In this document: positions 36,102 to 45,743 of the stretch, piece after piece
Layout of the letters: the number at the start of each line of letters is the position of its first letter
Numbering within the stretch: the first letter of the stretch is position 1
NCBI GenBank assembly: GCA_903925685.1
Contig: CAIYGI010000146.1
Location: forward strand, 1-60,564
Reading direction: 5' to 3'
Length of the DNA stretch: 60,564 nt
Origin: an uncultured bacterium
GTDB taxonomy: Bacteria; Verrucomicrobiota; Kiritimatiellia; CAIKKV01; CAIYGI01
Translations under genes and position numbers: made by a program
The notes under the pieces: generated by a model
Told to the model about the DNA's origin: nothing
Seen by the model: only the letters and a program-made list of their open reading frames with translations
The model's database searches: none

Positions 36102-37343
36102 ATGAGTGCACAAAAAGTGGTCATCACCGGCATGGGCGTCGTATCGCCATTGGGCTGCGACCTCGATTCGTTCTGGAAGAAGCTGTGCAACGGAGAGTCG
36201 GGCATCAGGGCGATCTCGCTCTTCGACGCCGCGGCCATGGACGCCCGCATTGCCGGCGAGGTTGTCGGCTTCGATGTGGACAAGTTCGTCTCCAAGAAGG
36301 AACAGCGCCGCATGGACCCGTTCTGCCACTTCGCGCTGGCAGCGGCCAAGATGGCGGTGGACGATTCCGGGATAAATTTCGGCACCGAGGACCTGACGCG
36401 CTGCGGAACCATCGTCGGCTCGGGCATCGGCGGCCTGCAGACGCTGGAAATACAGCACAAGACCCTGCTGGAACGCGGACCCTCCCGCTGCTCCCCCTTC
36501 ATGATCCCGCAGATGATCATCAACATGGCCTCCGGCCTGATCGCCATCGCGCATCACCTGAAAGGCCCGAATTTTTCCGTGGTGACCGCCTGCGCCAGTT
36601 CCACACACTGCATCGGCGAGGCAATGCGCATCTTGCAGCGCGGCGAGGCCGATGTGATAGTCGCCGGCGGCACGGAAGCCACCGTCTGCCCGCTGGGCAT
36701 CGCGGGCTTTTGCGCCATGCATGCGCTCAGCACCCGCAATGACGAACCGACCAAGGCCTGCCGCCCCTTCGACGCCAATCGCGACGGCTTCATCATGGGC
36801 GAAGGCGCGGGCATATTGGTGCTCGAAACGCTGGAACACGCCAGCAAGCGCGGCGCCAAGATCTACGCCGAGGTCGCCGGTTACGGCGCCACCTGCGACG
36901 CCAATCACATCACCGCCCCGGTTGAAGGCGGCGAAGGGGCCGCCCGGGCCATGGCCCTGGCCATGCGCGACGGCGGGCTGACGCCGGAGGATGTGGACTA
37001 CGTGAACGCCCACGGCACCAGCACAAAGCTCAACGACATGACCGAGACCGCCGCCATCAAGGGCGCCCTCGGGAACGAACGCGCGCACAAGATCATGGTC
37101 GGATCGAGTAAGTCCATGACCGGACACATGCTCGGCGCCGCGGGCGCGATAGAAGCGATCGTCTGCGCCCTGACCATGAAGCATGGCATCGTCACGCCCA
37201 CGATCAACTACGAGACTCCCGATCCGCAGTGTGACCTCGACTACGTACCGAACACCGCGCGCACAGCCAAGGTCCGGGCCTGTCTCAACAACTCGCTGGG
37301 CTTCGGCGGCCACAACGCCACGCTCTTGCTGAAGTCGATGTAG
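36102..37343 (+). CDS. fabF: beta-ketoacyl-ACP synthase II
   Basis: VVTACASSTHCIGEA (active-site Cys), NAHGTSTKLND and GFGGHNATLL. 413 aa. Confidence 0.95.
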   Translation: MSAQKVVITGMGVVSPLGCDLDSFWKKLCNGESGIRAISLFDAAAMDARIAGEVVGFDVDKFVSKKEQRRMDPFCHFALAAAKMAVDDSGINFGTEDLTRCGTIVGSGIGGLQTLEIQHKTLLERGPSRCSPFMIPQMIINMASGLIAIAHHLKGPNFSVVTACASSTHCIGEAMRILQRGEADVIVAGGTEATVCPLGIAGFCAMHALSTRNDEPTKACRPFDANRDGFIMGEGAGILVLETLEHASKRGAKIYAEVAGYGATCDANHITAPVEGGEGAARAMALAMRDGGLTPEDVDYVNAHGTSTKLNDMTETAAIKGALGNERAHKIMVGSSKSMTGHMLGAAGAIEAIVCALTMKHGIVTPTINYETPDPQCDLDYVPNTARTAKVRACLNNSLGFGGHNATLLLKSM

Positions 37344-37396
37344 CCGCGCGCCGCCGCGGGCGGCGGCGGCGGAGCGAGGCTTGCAGCGGAGTATTG

Positions 37397-39673
37397 TCAG
37401 CGGCGGGCGCGGGGCGGCAGGCGTACGCGCAGCGCGGGGCGGCGGCCCTGCCAGCCGACTTTCACCTGGACCGGACCTAGGCGCGTCATGACCGTGCCTT
37501 CCACCCTGTCGAGCGGCGGACAGCGCAGCGGCTTTACCAGGATGCGTCCGCGCGCGTCCGGCGGATTGACCCCCAGCACGTAGCGGCCGAAGAAGTACAT
37601 CGGCCAACTGCCCCAGGCATGGCATTCGCTGCGGCATGGCTCATAAGTTTCCGGCCAGGTCGTACTGCCGGCGGCCAGCGCCTCGCGGAACGGTTCGAGC
37701 AGGCGCCATAACCCGGCCCCCCACCCTGCGCGCGCCACGGCCTCGGCCAGATAGAAGCGGAAGTAAAGCGTGGCCTGCCGCAGTTCCAGGCCCGGCATGC
37801 CTTCGATGGCCCCTCGCAGCGCGGCGCGCGCGTCGGCGCCGCGCATGACGCCCGCCAGCACGCCCAGCGCCTGGGCATGCTGGCTGAATTCGCGGTTGCG
37901 GCGGTCGGCGGCCGCTGGCACGTCGCGCAGCAGCCGCAGGCGCGGATCCCAAAAGAGGCGGCGGATGCGCCGCCGCAGTGCGTCCGCCTCGGCGCGCCAG
38001 GACCGCCCCTGCGGCGTACCGGCGCACAGCCGCGCGGCGGCATCCAGCGCGAGCAGGTGGAAGAGGTTGATCAGGCTGCTGGGTGGACCCGGAGGAACGC
38101 CTTGATCCCAGACTTCGTGAACCCAGTCCACGAACGGCCAGTAGGGCAGCGTGCCAAGCAGTCCGGTGCGCGGATCGCGGTAGCGCGCCGTCCAGCGCAG
38201 GATGTCGGCCACGCCGTCAAGCAGCGGCGCGACGAAATCACGGTCGCCGGTGTTGACGAGGAAATCTTCCAGCGTCAGAATATATATCAGGCTGAAGGTT
38301 GGGATGATCTGCATCTCCGTGGTCGGGCCGCGGCTTTGCGTCAGGCCTTCGCAGACACGGCTGTTGTCGAAGGCGGTCAGCGCCTGGCGCGCGAGGGCTT
38401 CGTCGCCGGTCGCCATGTGCGTGACCAGCATTTGTATGCGCGTGTCGCCGATGTACTGGAGCTGCTCGTAGAACGGGCAGTCCATGAAGGTCTCCCAGGT
38501 GCAGCAGCGGATCGTACGCCAGCTCACCTCCATCAGTTTGCGCACCGCGGCGGCGTGCGCGCCCGGCGCGGCAATCTTCTGCCGCAGTTTCCAGGGATAG
38601 CCCGTGACGCGCATTCCGACAGCGCGCAACAGCGCGCCCTCCGGTCCGGCCTCGATGCCCACCCGCAGAAAGCGAAAACTGTGCCAGTGAATGGGCTCGA
38701 AAAGATGGGTTTTGGCGCAAGCGCCCATATCGAGGCGGTCGTGCGGTCCCTTCAATTCGAATCCGGCGGCCAGACGGTGCGATTTTTGGACGCCGCCCGG
38801 CGCCGCACGCGTCAGCACCTCGGCATAAGCAACCGTCGCATGCGCGCCGCGGCCGCGCAGCGAGATTTGCGGGTAGGCGCAGACCATCCCGCCGGCGTCG
38901 AAAAGCAGATCGAGGCGTCCGCGCGGCGGAATATGGATTGGGAAGCGCGGCGCGGCGGCGCGTTCGGGCGCGCCGGCCGGCGCCATGCGAACGAAGGCGC
39001 GCGGCGTCTCGGCCATCTGCGGCAGGACACGCGGCACCAGCCAGTGATCGTCGCTGGCAAAGGGCGGAAAGCCCTTCGGCTGGGGCGTGGAAAGTTCGAC
39101 GGCGGGCGCCCAGCCCTTCGACGAAGGCCGCGCCCGCAGCCAGTCCGCCGGCCAGTCGTCGGCGCGGTGCCGCTCCGTGGCGCCCAGCCCCGAAATCCCT
39201 TCCGGCGTTGTGAGCGGCGCGATGGCGCGACTGGCGAAGGCGCGCCAGGCGCAGCCGGTCCCGGCCCGGCCGAGCAAAACTCCGCGGCGGTCGTAAAAGC
39301 CCGCCAGCACGAGCAGGCCGGGGTGGTCGCCATGAACCTCGGCGAGCATCTGTTCCGGCCGGCCGCCGACGTAATACACCTGCGCCCAGAGCCGCAGGGC
39401 GCGCAGGCCGCGCAGCGGCAATTCGTAGGGATCGAGCGCGGTGTGCATCATGTCGCCGCGCGCGGGACCGCGGCCGAGGCGGGCGGGGCCGCGTCCGCTG
39501 TCCGCGTAAAGCACGTAGCGATTGTCGGCGCAGACGAAAAGACGCGTCGTGACCGCGCCGCGCGGAACACGCAGAAGACCGTGAAAGAAGCCTAAGTCGC
39601 TGCGACCGGCGCGCGGCTTCCCATGCCAGATCCACTTGCCAGCGCTCCGCAATCCCAGCCAGTCGTCATGCAT
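37397..39673 (-). CDS. alpha-L-rhamnosidase-like six-hairpin glycoside hydrolase (GH78-like)
   Basis: 758 aa. FMDCPFYEQLQYIGDTRIQ matches the DCP.(Y/R)E...(Y/W).GD motif at the start of the rhamnosidase catalytic domain. Confidence 0.6.
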   Translation of the reverse strand: MHDDWLGLRSAGKWIWHGKPRAGRSDLGFFHGLLRVPRGAVTTRLFVCADNRYVLYADSGRGPARLGRGPARGDMMHTALDPYELPLRGLRALRLWAQVYYVGGRPEQMLAEVHGDHPGLLVLAGFYDRRGVLLGRAGTGCAWRAFASRAIAPLTTPEGISGLGATERHRADDWPADWLRARPSSKGWAPAVELSTPQPKGFPPFASDDHWLVPRVLPQMAETPRAFVRMAPAGAPERAAAPRFPIHIPPRGRLDLLFDAGGMVCAYPQISLRGRGAHATVAYAEVLTRAAPGGVQKSHRLAAGFELKGPHDRLDMGACAKTHLFEPIHWHSFRFLRVGIEAGPEGALLRAVGMRVTGYPWKLRQKIAAPGAHAAAVRKLMEVSWRTIRCCTWETFMDCPFYEQLQYIGDTRIQMLVTHMATGDEALARQALTAFDNSRVCEGLTQSRGPTTEMQIIPTFSLIYILTLEDFLVNTGDRDFVAPLLDGVADILRWTARYRDPRTGLLGTLPYWPFVDWVHEVWDQGVPPGPPSSLINLFHLLALDAAARLCAGTPQGRSWRAEADALRRRIRRLFWDPRLRLLRDVPAAADRRNREFSQHAQALGVLAGVMRGADARAALRGAIEGMPGLELRQATLYFRFYLAEAVARAGWGAGLWRLLEPFREALAAGSTTWPETYEPCRSECHAWGSWPMYFFGRYVLGVNPPDARGRILVKPLRCPPLDRVEGTVMTRLGPVQVKVGWQGRRPALRVRLPPRARR

Positions 39674-39789
39674 CTCGTTTCTCCATATGGCGGGCGCCGC
39701 ACCGGCGCACGCGCACTGGTGGGATCATAGGGGCGCATGCGGCATTCGTCAAATATGCCCCGATCGCCGGGCGGGATGTCATCGCAGCT

Positions 39790-40188
39790 TCAATCCAGAT
39801 CGCGCGCCTCCAGATCGCCTTCGTCGAGTCCAAGGTAATGACCCAGCTCGTGCAGGTAGGTGCGGCTCACTTCGTCCCTGAAATCCTTTTCGCAATGGTC
39901 GGTGTAGTCCCAAAGACTGACCAGAAAGAGCAGAATCTGCGGCGGCAGGTCGCCCCCATCGCTCTCGCCTTCGGCGTAGCAGTTGCCTACGAAAAGCCCA
40001 AGCAGGTCGGGATCTAGTTTGTCGTCGTCCACCATCTCCTGCGTCGGAAAGGGTTCGTAGGTGACGGGAATAGCGCGCGCCTTGTCGCGCAGATCGGCCG
40101 GCAGGCGCCGTACCAGCGCCTCGACCTCCTGATCGGCGGCGGTCTGCAAGCGCTGCCACAACTGACGATCTCGATGGTCTGTTCCCAT
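39790..40188 (-). CDS. metallopeptidase family protein (DUF1025-like zincin)
   Basis: 132 aa, acidic, with a C-terminal HELGHYLGLDE zinc-binding motif. Confidence 0.75.
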   Translation of the reverse strand: MGTDHRDRQLWQRLQTAADQEVEALVRRLPADLRDKARAIPVTYEPFPTQEMVDDDKLDPDLLGLFVGNCYAEGESDGGDLPPQILLFLVSLWDYTDHCEKDFRDEVSRTYLHELGHYLGLDEGDLEARDLD

Positions 40189-40330
40189 GCTGCCTCAGGC
40201 AACACAATAATAGCGGGAAAATAGCTTTGACCCAGAGTACACCGATGACAGGCATCTTGACAAGGCGTAGCGGCGTTGGGGACAATTCCCCGAACGCGTC
40301 GCATGAACGCGATACCGAACGGAGCTACGC

Positions 40331-41116
40331 ATGACGACGGTTCAGGCCGCGATTCTGGGATTAGTGCAGGGGGTGACGGAGTTTTTGCCGGTCAGCAGTT
40401 CGGGCCACTTGGTGCTGGTCCAGCAGTTCATGGGTCTGAAGGACCGTTCGGTCGTAAGTTTCGACGTGCTGCTGCATCTCGGCACGCTGGCGGCGGTAAT
40501 GGCGGTTTTCGGGGCGGACCTCTGGGCGCTGCTGAAACGTCCATGGCAGCGCCTGACCGTGCTGCTGCTGGCGTCGTTCGTGCCCACGGCGATCATCGCC
40601 CTGGCGCTCAAGGACTGGATCGAAGAACTCTTCGCATCCGGCAAGACGCTGGGCATCGAGTTCATAATCAGCGGACTGGTGTTGTGGCTGGCCATCCGTG
40701 TGAAGGCCGGGCGCAAGGGCTTGGACCGCATGACGGTTGGCGACGGCGCCGTGATTGGCGTGCTCCAAGGCGTGGCGATTCTACCGGCAGTATCCCGCTC
40801 CGGGATGACCATCGCCGGAGCGCTTTTCCGGGGACTCGATCGCGAGACCGCGGCGCGCTATTCGTTCCTGGCCTCGATTCCCGTGATAGCCGCTGCGGCA
40901 GCCTTTGACCTGCTGAAACTGATCAAAGCGCACGAAGCGGCGCAGGTGGTCAGCGCCCCCTATCTGGTCGGCACCGCCGTGGCGGCCGTTTCGGGCTTTT
41001 TGGCCGTGCGCTGGATGGTGCGGCTGATCGTGCGCGGAGCGCTCACGGGGTTTGTCTATTACCTGCTGGGGCTGGGAGCGCTGGTGATAGCGCTGCAGGT
41101 GAGCGGAAAGTTGTAG
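40331..41116 (+). CDS. uppP: undecaprenyl-diphosphate phosphatase
   Basis: GVTEFLPVSSSGHL motif. 261 aa polytopic membrane protein. Confidence 0.93.
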   Translation: MTTVQAAILGLVQGVTEFLPVSSSGHLVLVQQFMGLKDRSVVSFDVLLHLGTLAAVMAVFGADLWALLKRPWQRLTVLLLASFVPTAIIALALKDWIEELFASGKTLGIEFIISGLVLWLAIRVKAGRKGLDRMTVGDGAVIGVLQGVAILPAVSRSGMTIAGALFRGLDRETAARYSFLASIPVIAAAAAFDLLKLIKAHEAAQVVSAPYLVGTAVAAVSGFLAVRWMVRLIVRGALTGFVYYLLGLGALVIALQVSGKL

Positions 41117-41123
41117 GGAGGTG

Positions 41124-42584
41124 TTACGCACCGCTCCGGGCCGCGGTCAACGCCTCGGGGAGCGGACAGTCGGCGCAGGCGGTGTGGGCGTTGAGGCAGA
41201 AGTCCTGAAAGATTTGCACGAGGCCCTGCTGGCGCAGTCCGGTATGGTGAAGCGCGGGATTGTGGTCGCGCCCGAACAACCGGAAGGCGGTTTCGCGGGC
41301 GAGGTGATGATCGTCTTCGGCCGGCAGTTGGCCCAACTTATCCGGCGTGGCGAGTTCCGGGTAGCCTTGCGTCATCAGGAACGGCACCAGGGCATTCAGC
41401 AGCAGCGCCGCGGCGCGGCCCGCGCCCACAAGCGCGGCGGGATGCGGGAGCGGCTTGCCGCCGAAGCCCGCGCGGCGCGACCAGAAGGGCGCGTTGTCGC
41501 CGGCGTCATCCAGCCGTGCGAGCAGTCCGGTGGCCCATGTCGCCGGGGCGCCGGACAACAGGCCGGGCAGCGCTTCGGGCCAGGCCCCGGCTCCGGTGAA
41601 GAGTGGAAGCACGGCCATCAAGCGGCGTAGCGGATGGTTGAGCGGGCGCAAGTTATGCAGCGTCCACAACTCCCTTGGCAACACACGGCTCTGCCAGTGC
41701 GCCTGGATTTTCCACCAGTAGTTCCAAACATCGCGCAGAAAGCGGCGGGCTTCCTCATCCCAGGCCGCCTGGGGTTTGGAGGGCAGCAGCCCGGCGACGC
41801 CGGCGAGCAGGGCGTAACCGGCCAGCTGGCCATGACTGGCAACCGTCTCCCGCAGAGTGGCCAGCGGTACGGTCTGGGCCAGGCGGCGGCATGGCAGCTC
41901 ATTCTGCTTGTAACCCAGGCCCGCCAGCACCTCTTCGTAAAGCGTCTGCCCTGGGCCGTGGCCGGCGCAAAGCGCGGCCAGGCGGTCGGCTTTGCGACGC
42001 AGGCGTTCTTCGCCGGCGCGGTCGAGCAGAGCTGCGCCGGCGCCGGCAGGCAGTCCCAGCAGCGCCACGGCGCAGGGCGGACGCGGGGCCGGCGCGGCAT
42101 AGGGGTAGGCTGTCAGATCCAGAGCCTCGAAGCAAAACGTTGGATTGGCCAGCACGGTGTCGCGCAGCGCTATTTCCAGCGCGCCTGCTGGGAGGGCGGA
42201 GGCTGGCATGCGGCCGGGATACCAGGTGACGCTGGCCACGACGCGGCGGTAGCGGGGGTCGCCGCTATGGCCATGGCGGACCCAGTCGGCGGGATGGCGG
42301 TGCAACTCCACGTCGCCACGCACCTGGCGGCGGCCGGGCAGCACCCGCAGGGTGGCGTCAAGAAAGTCCGGCCCGGCCTCCAGATTCCAACGGCCCGGAT
42401 CGAGCACTTCTACGCTTTGATCGTCCTGGGCGGTGAGTACGGCGGGACGGTGAGTGGCGTCGAACCAGATGACGCGCAAATGGCGTTCGGTGAATGACTC
42501 GGCGGCAGGATCCCAGACGGCGCCGGGCGGCTCGCCCACGGCCGCCGGCCACAATCCACACCACCCGAGTTGCGTCAGGTCCAT
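41124..42584 (-). CDS. DUF2851 family protein
   Basis: ERHLRVIWFD..VEVLDPGRWNLEAGPDFLDATLRV..GDVELHRHPADWVRHGH follows the DUF2851 N-terminal pattern. Confidence 0.7.
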   Translation of the reverse strand: MDLTQLGWCGLWPAAVGEPPGAVWDPAAESFTERHLRVIWFDATHRPAVLTAQDDQSVEVLDPGRWNLEAGPDFLDATLRVLPGRRQVRGDVELHRHPADWVRHGHSGDPRYRRVVASVTWYPGRMPASALPAGALEIALRDTVLANPTFCFEALDLTAYPYAAPAPRPPCAVALLGLPAGAGAALLDRAGEERLRRKADRLAALCAGHGPGQTLYEEVLAGLGYKQNELPCRRLAQTVPLATLRETVASHGQLAGYALLAGVAGLLPSKPQAAWDEEARRFLRDVWNYWWKIQAHWQSRVLPRELWTLHNLRPLNHPLRRLMAVLPLFTGAGAWPEALPGLLSGAPATWATGLLARLDDAGDNAPFWSRRAGFGGKPLPHPAALVGAGRAAALLLNALVPFLMTQGYPELATPDKLGQLPAEDDHHLARETAFRLFGRDHNPALHHTGLRQQGLVQIFQDFCLNAHTACADCPLPEALTAARSGA

Positions 42585-42609
42585 GGCGCCTCCTACTCTT
42601 CTCCCATAA

Positions 42610-44283
42610 TCAATAAGTGAAACTGCTGCGCCCGATCACCTCGCGCAGGATCGAGGTCGGCGGCACACCGCGGTCGGAGAGCGGCAGGATGGGGAAAAGC
42701 AGCGCGGTCAGCCGGCGCGACGCGGCATACTCCGGCACGTCGGGCTTGATTTGCATCAGGAACGGTTCGACGATCGGTTTGAGCACGGCCAGTTCGTAGT
42801 CCAGCGCCGAATTGAACATGACATCGGCGTTTTCCTGGAAGGGAAAGACCCAGCGCGCCTCGCCGCGGCGAACGGAAGGCCACATGCGCAGCGTGTCGAG
42901 CACGCTGTGCTTGCGGTACTGGTGGTCGCGCACGATGCGGCGCAAGAGGCGGTTGTCGGTGGTCGAAATCCGGTTATGCGAATCCAGGCTTAGCTGGGTC
43001 AGGGCGCTCACATAGACGTGGAACTTGCAGGCGTCGGGCACGCCGGAGGTCAGCAACGGATTGAGCGCATGGATGCCCTCCACGATCAGCGGCTGGTCGG
43101 GTTCGATGGAAAGTTTGGTGTCGCGCAGCGCGCTGGCGTGGGTCTCGAAGTTGAAGCGCGGCAGCGCCACATTGTTGCCGGACAATAGGTCGTTGATCTG
43201 GCGGTTGAAAAGCGGCAGATCGAGCGCCTCGATATGTTCGAAGTCGAACTCGCCCGACTCGTCGCGCGGGGTGCGGTCGCGGACGACGAAATAGTCGTCC
43301 AGCGAGATCGTCACGGGCCGCAGTCCGGCGACGCGCAACTGGATCGCCAGCCGCTTGGCGAAGGTGGTCTTGCCGGACGAAGTGGGTCCGGAGATCAGGA
43401 TCACGCGCACCCCGCTGCCGCGGGCGGCGATGTCGTCGGCAATGCGCGCGATTTTTTTCTCGTGCAGGGCCTCGGCGATTTTGATGAAGTCGGAGATGCC
43501 GCCATCGGCGATCAATTCGTTCATGCGTCCGACGGTCTCAACGCCCAAAATACGGCCCCATGCCTCGCGTTCCTGAAAAACCTGGAAGAGTTTGGGGCGG
43601 TCCTGAAAAGGCGCGACCTTCAATCCATCGCCCTTCTGCGGCATCAGCAGCAGGAAGCCCGGCGGATATGGATGCAACGCGAAGGCCGACAGCGCGCCGG
43701 TCGAGGGCGCGAGCGGCTGGAGCGGCATGTCGTAGAAGCCCCCGCAATCATGCAGCGTCAGGCGCGGCGCGTTGCGAAAACGCAGCAGCCGGAGTTTGTC
43801 CGTCTGGCCCGCCTTCTCGAAGCACCGCACGGCCTCCGCGAACGAGACCCTGCGGCGCGTGATCGGCAGGTCGCGCGCCACCTCGGCACGCATGCTGGTC
43901 TCGATCTGCCGCAGTTCGTCGTCCAAAACCGGCTCGTGGGCGCCCGCGGCGCCGCGCGTGAGCGTGCAGTAGACCCCGTCGCCCATGGTGTAGTTGACGG
44001 ACAGGTCGGCGCCGGGAAACAACTCGTTGACCACCTTGGCGAGCAGAAATCCGAGCGACCGTTCGTAGACCGCGGCGCCCTCGACGGAGCGCATGTCGAT
44101 CGGACGGACAACGCTTTCGACATCCAGCAGGGTCTGGAGACCGACCAGGTCGTTATTGACCAGCGCGGCGATCCAGGGCAACCCGTCGGGCGCGGCAACT
44201 CCGCGAACGGCCTCGGCGACCGTGGAATAGGCGGGCAATTCGCGCGGCGGCAGATCTACCACGGTAATCGGCACGGTGTTCAT
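42610..44283 (-). CDS. uridine-kinase-family nucleoside kinase with an N-terminal TGS/ThrRS-like extension
   Basis: P-loop ISGPTSSGKTTFAKRL then ISLDDYF in the C-terminal half. The N-terminal 250 or so aa are not kinase-like. Confidence 0.7.
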   Translation of the reverse strand: MNTVPITVVDLPPRELPAYSTVAEAVRGVAAPDGLPWIAALVNNDLVGLQTLLDVESVVRPIDMRSVEGAAVYERSLGFLLAKVVNELFPGADLSVNYTMGDGVYCTLTRGAAGAHEPVLDDELRQIETSMRAEVARDLPITRRRVSFAEAVRCFEKAGQTDKLRLLRFRNAPRLTLHDCGGFYDMPLQPLAPSTGALSAFALHPYPPGFLLLMPQKGDGLKVAPFQDRPKLFQVFQEREAWGRILGVETVGRMNELIADGGISDFIKIAEALHEKKIARIADDIAARGSGVRVILISGPTSSGKTTFAKRLAIQLRVAGLRPVTISLDDYFVVRDRTPRDESGEFDFEHIEALDLPLFNRQINDLLSGNNVALPRFNFETHASALRDTKLSIEPDQPLIVEGIHALNPLLTSGVPDACKFHVYVSALTQLSLDSHNRISTTDNRLLRRIVRDHQYRKHSVLDTLRMWPSVRRGEARWVFPFQENADVMFNSALDYELAVLKPIVEPFLMQIKPDVPEYAASRRLTALLFPILPLSDRGVPPTSILREVIGRSSFTY

Positions 44284-44304
44284 GACTGAAACCTTACTTC
44301 GTAC

Positions 44305-44332
44305 TTGTCGAATATTGAGGGCGCGCTATAAT
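44305..44332 (+). promoter_or_regulatory. sigma70-like promoter for tRNA-His
   Basis: TTGTCG (44305-10), 16 nt, TATAAT (44327-32), 13 nt before the tRNA 5' end. Confidence 0.6.
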
Positions 44333-45030
44333 CAACTTTTTCGACGGTGGGTATAGCTCAATTGGTAGAGCGCCAGATTGTGGTTCTGGATGTCGCGGGT
44401 TCGAACCCCGTTACCCACCCCATTTTCAGCCTGCGGCGTCGTCGCGGCGCGTTCACGTTCCTGCTTGATGCGTGCGGCCATGGCTGCGTAACCCGGCGTC
44501 CCTTCAGCCCAGCGCAAGGCCTGCTCGGCGAGGTCCAGGCGCCGCGCGTTCAGCGCCATGTCCGCCAGGATCAAGTGATTATCGGGCTCCCAGAATTCCC
44601 ACTCCACGTAGTCTTGCCAGGCGGCCAGCCCCTGCGCGGGATCTTCGCGCGCCAGCTGCTGCGCGTGCATCCAGCGCATCGAGCGTTGATAGGGATTCAC
44701 AATCAGCGCCCGGTCGCACCAGAGCCGCGCCTGCTCGCGCATCGCGTTCCGGGCCTCGCCGGTGGTCCGTCCGGCGCAATCCCAGGCCCGGCGCGCCGCG
44801 TGTTCGCAAACGTTGTAGTTCCCCTCATCGATATCGTGGGCGGAATCGAGGGCCGCCAGGGCGGCGGAATCGTCATCGCGCAGCGAGCCGTACTTGGCCT
44901 GGTAATACAAGCACTGGGATCGCGACATCACCGCCGCATGCACCGTCAGGAACAGCAGCACCGGCAGAAAGCAGACGGCGATCGCGACCCCCAGCGTGCG
45001 CTCCGAACGAGGCTTATGCATGGGCGTCAT
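44332..45030 (-). CDS. hypothetical membrane-anchored helical-repeat (TPR-like) protein
   Basis: Start at ATG 45030 with an AAGGAGG RBS. TM helix LGVAIAVCFLPVLLFLTVHAAV. The last 30 or so codons are antisense to tRNA-His, so the true 3' end is doubtful. Confidence 0.45.
   Translation of the reverse strand: MTPMHKPRSERTLGVAIAVCFLPVLLFLTVHAAVMSRSQCLYYQAKYGSLRDDDSAALAALDSAHDIDEGNYNVCEHAARRAWDCAGRTTGEARNAMREQARLWCDRALIVNPYQRSMRWMHAQQLAREDPAQGLAAWQDYVEWEFWEPDNHLILADMALNARRLDLAEQALRWAEGTPGYAAMAARIKQERERAATTPQAENGVGNGVRTRDIQNHNLALYQLSYTHRRKS
44346..44422 (+). tRNA. tRNA-His (anticodon GTG) with encoded G-1 and CCA
   Basis: Extra 5' G (44346) opposite discriminator C. Acceptor GTGGGTA/TACCCAC, anticodon stem CCAGA/TCTGG with loop TTGTGGT, T arm GCGGG-TTCGAAC-CCCGT, then CCA. 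Confidence 0.93.
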
Positions 45031-45059
45031 CGTGGACCTCCTTCCGCCGTCGCGGCCCG

Positions 45060-45743
45060 TCACCAGCTGCGTTTGGGAACGCTGATGATATCGCCGGGAA
45101 CGATCGGCACGTCCTTGTCGCGGCCCTCCTCGACCCGCCGGGCATTGATCGAGATGATCTTGTCGCCCCTGATGATTTTGACGGAGGTGGGATCGGCGAA
45201 GTCCGTGTAACGCCCGGCCCGCGCCAGCGCCTGCATAAAGGACAGATCGCGATTCAGCGCATATGGTCCGGGCCGCACGACCTCGCCCGTCACGGAATAT
45301 TCCTGTTCGGGAGGAACAACCGTGGCCGAGACCACGCGGTAGATTTGGGCGTCAATGTAAGCCTTTTCGATCAGACGTCCGGCTTCGGCGCTTGAATAGC
45401 CTGCCACCTTGACCATGCTCAACAGCGGAAGGTTGATGCTGCCGGTCTCATCCACGACCATGCGCAGGCTGTCGGGCTGAGGTATCGCGCGCAACTGGAC
45501 CTCGATGCGATCGCCTGGTTTCAGCAAACGCGAGGCAATCGATTCCTTGCTGCTGGTTATGTTGGTCGCGGACGCGGCGGAATTGGCGACCGCGCGGTTC
45601 TGCGCCGCGGCCTCCGAAGCCACAACCGGCGCCGCGCCGGGCGGCACAAAAGCCACCGAAGGCCGGGCCCGTTGCGGCTCGCTGGCACACCCCGCCAGCA
45701 GCATCGCCGCGACCGTCAGCGTCGAAAGTCCCCATCTCCTCAT
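45060..45743 (-). CDS. polysaccharide biosynthesis/export protein (Wza-like lipoprotein)
   Basis: Lipobox LLAGCAS. LKPGDRIEVQL and PGDIISVP motifs typical of Poly_export/SLBB proteins. 4-nt overlap with the upstream Wzc-like gene. Confidence 0.75.
   Translation of the reverse strand: MRRWGLSTLTVAAMLLAGCASEPQRARPSVAFVPPGAAPVVASEAAAQNRAVANSAASATNITSSKESIASRLLKPGDRIEVQLRAIPQPDSLRMVVDETGSINLPLLSMVKVAGYSSAEAGRLIEKAYIDAQIYRVVSATVVPPEQEYSVTGEVVRPGPYALNRDLSFMQALARAGRYTDFADPTSVKIIRGDKIISINARRVEEGRDKDVPIVPGDIISVPKRSW

Noticed and set aside
37344-37396. Bidirectional terminator between the convergent fabF and GH78-like genes
   Set aside because: There is only a GC-only CGCCGCC/GGCGGCG-type stem with no U-run on either strand. 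That is not distinguishable from background in this GC-rich DNA.
36087-37637. 516-aa minus-strand ORF across fabF
   Set aside because: It is antisense to fabF, which has an active-site Cys and His motifs. It has shadow-ORF composition.
37877-39635. 572-aa plus-strand and 465-aa minus-strand alternative-frame ORFs inside the GH78-like gene
   Set aside because: Only the 758-aa frame carries the DCPFYEQLQYIGDTR motif. The others are Arg/Ala/Pro-rich frame artefacts.
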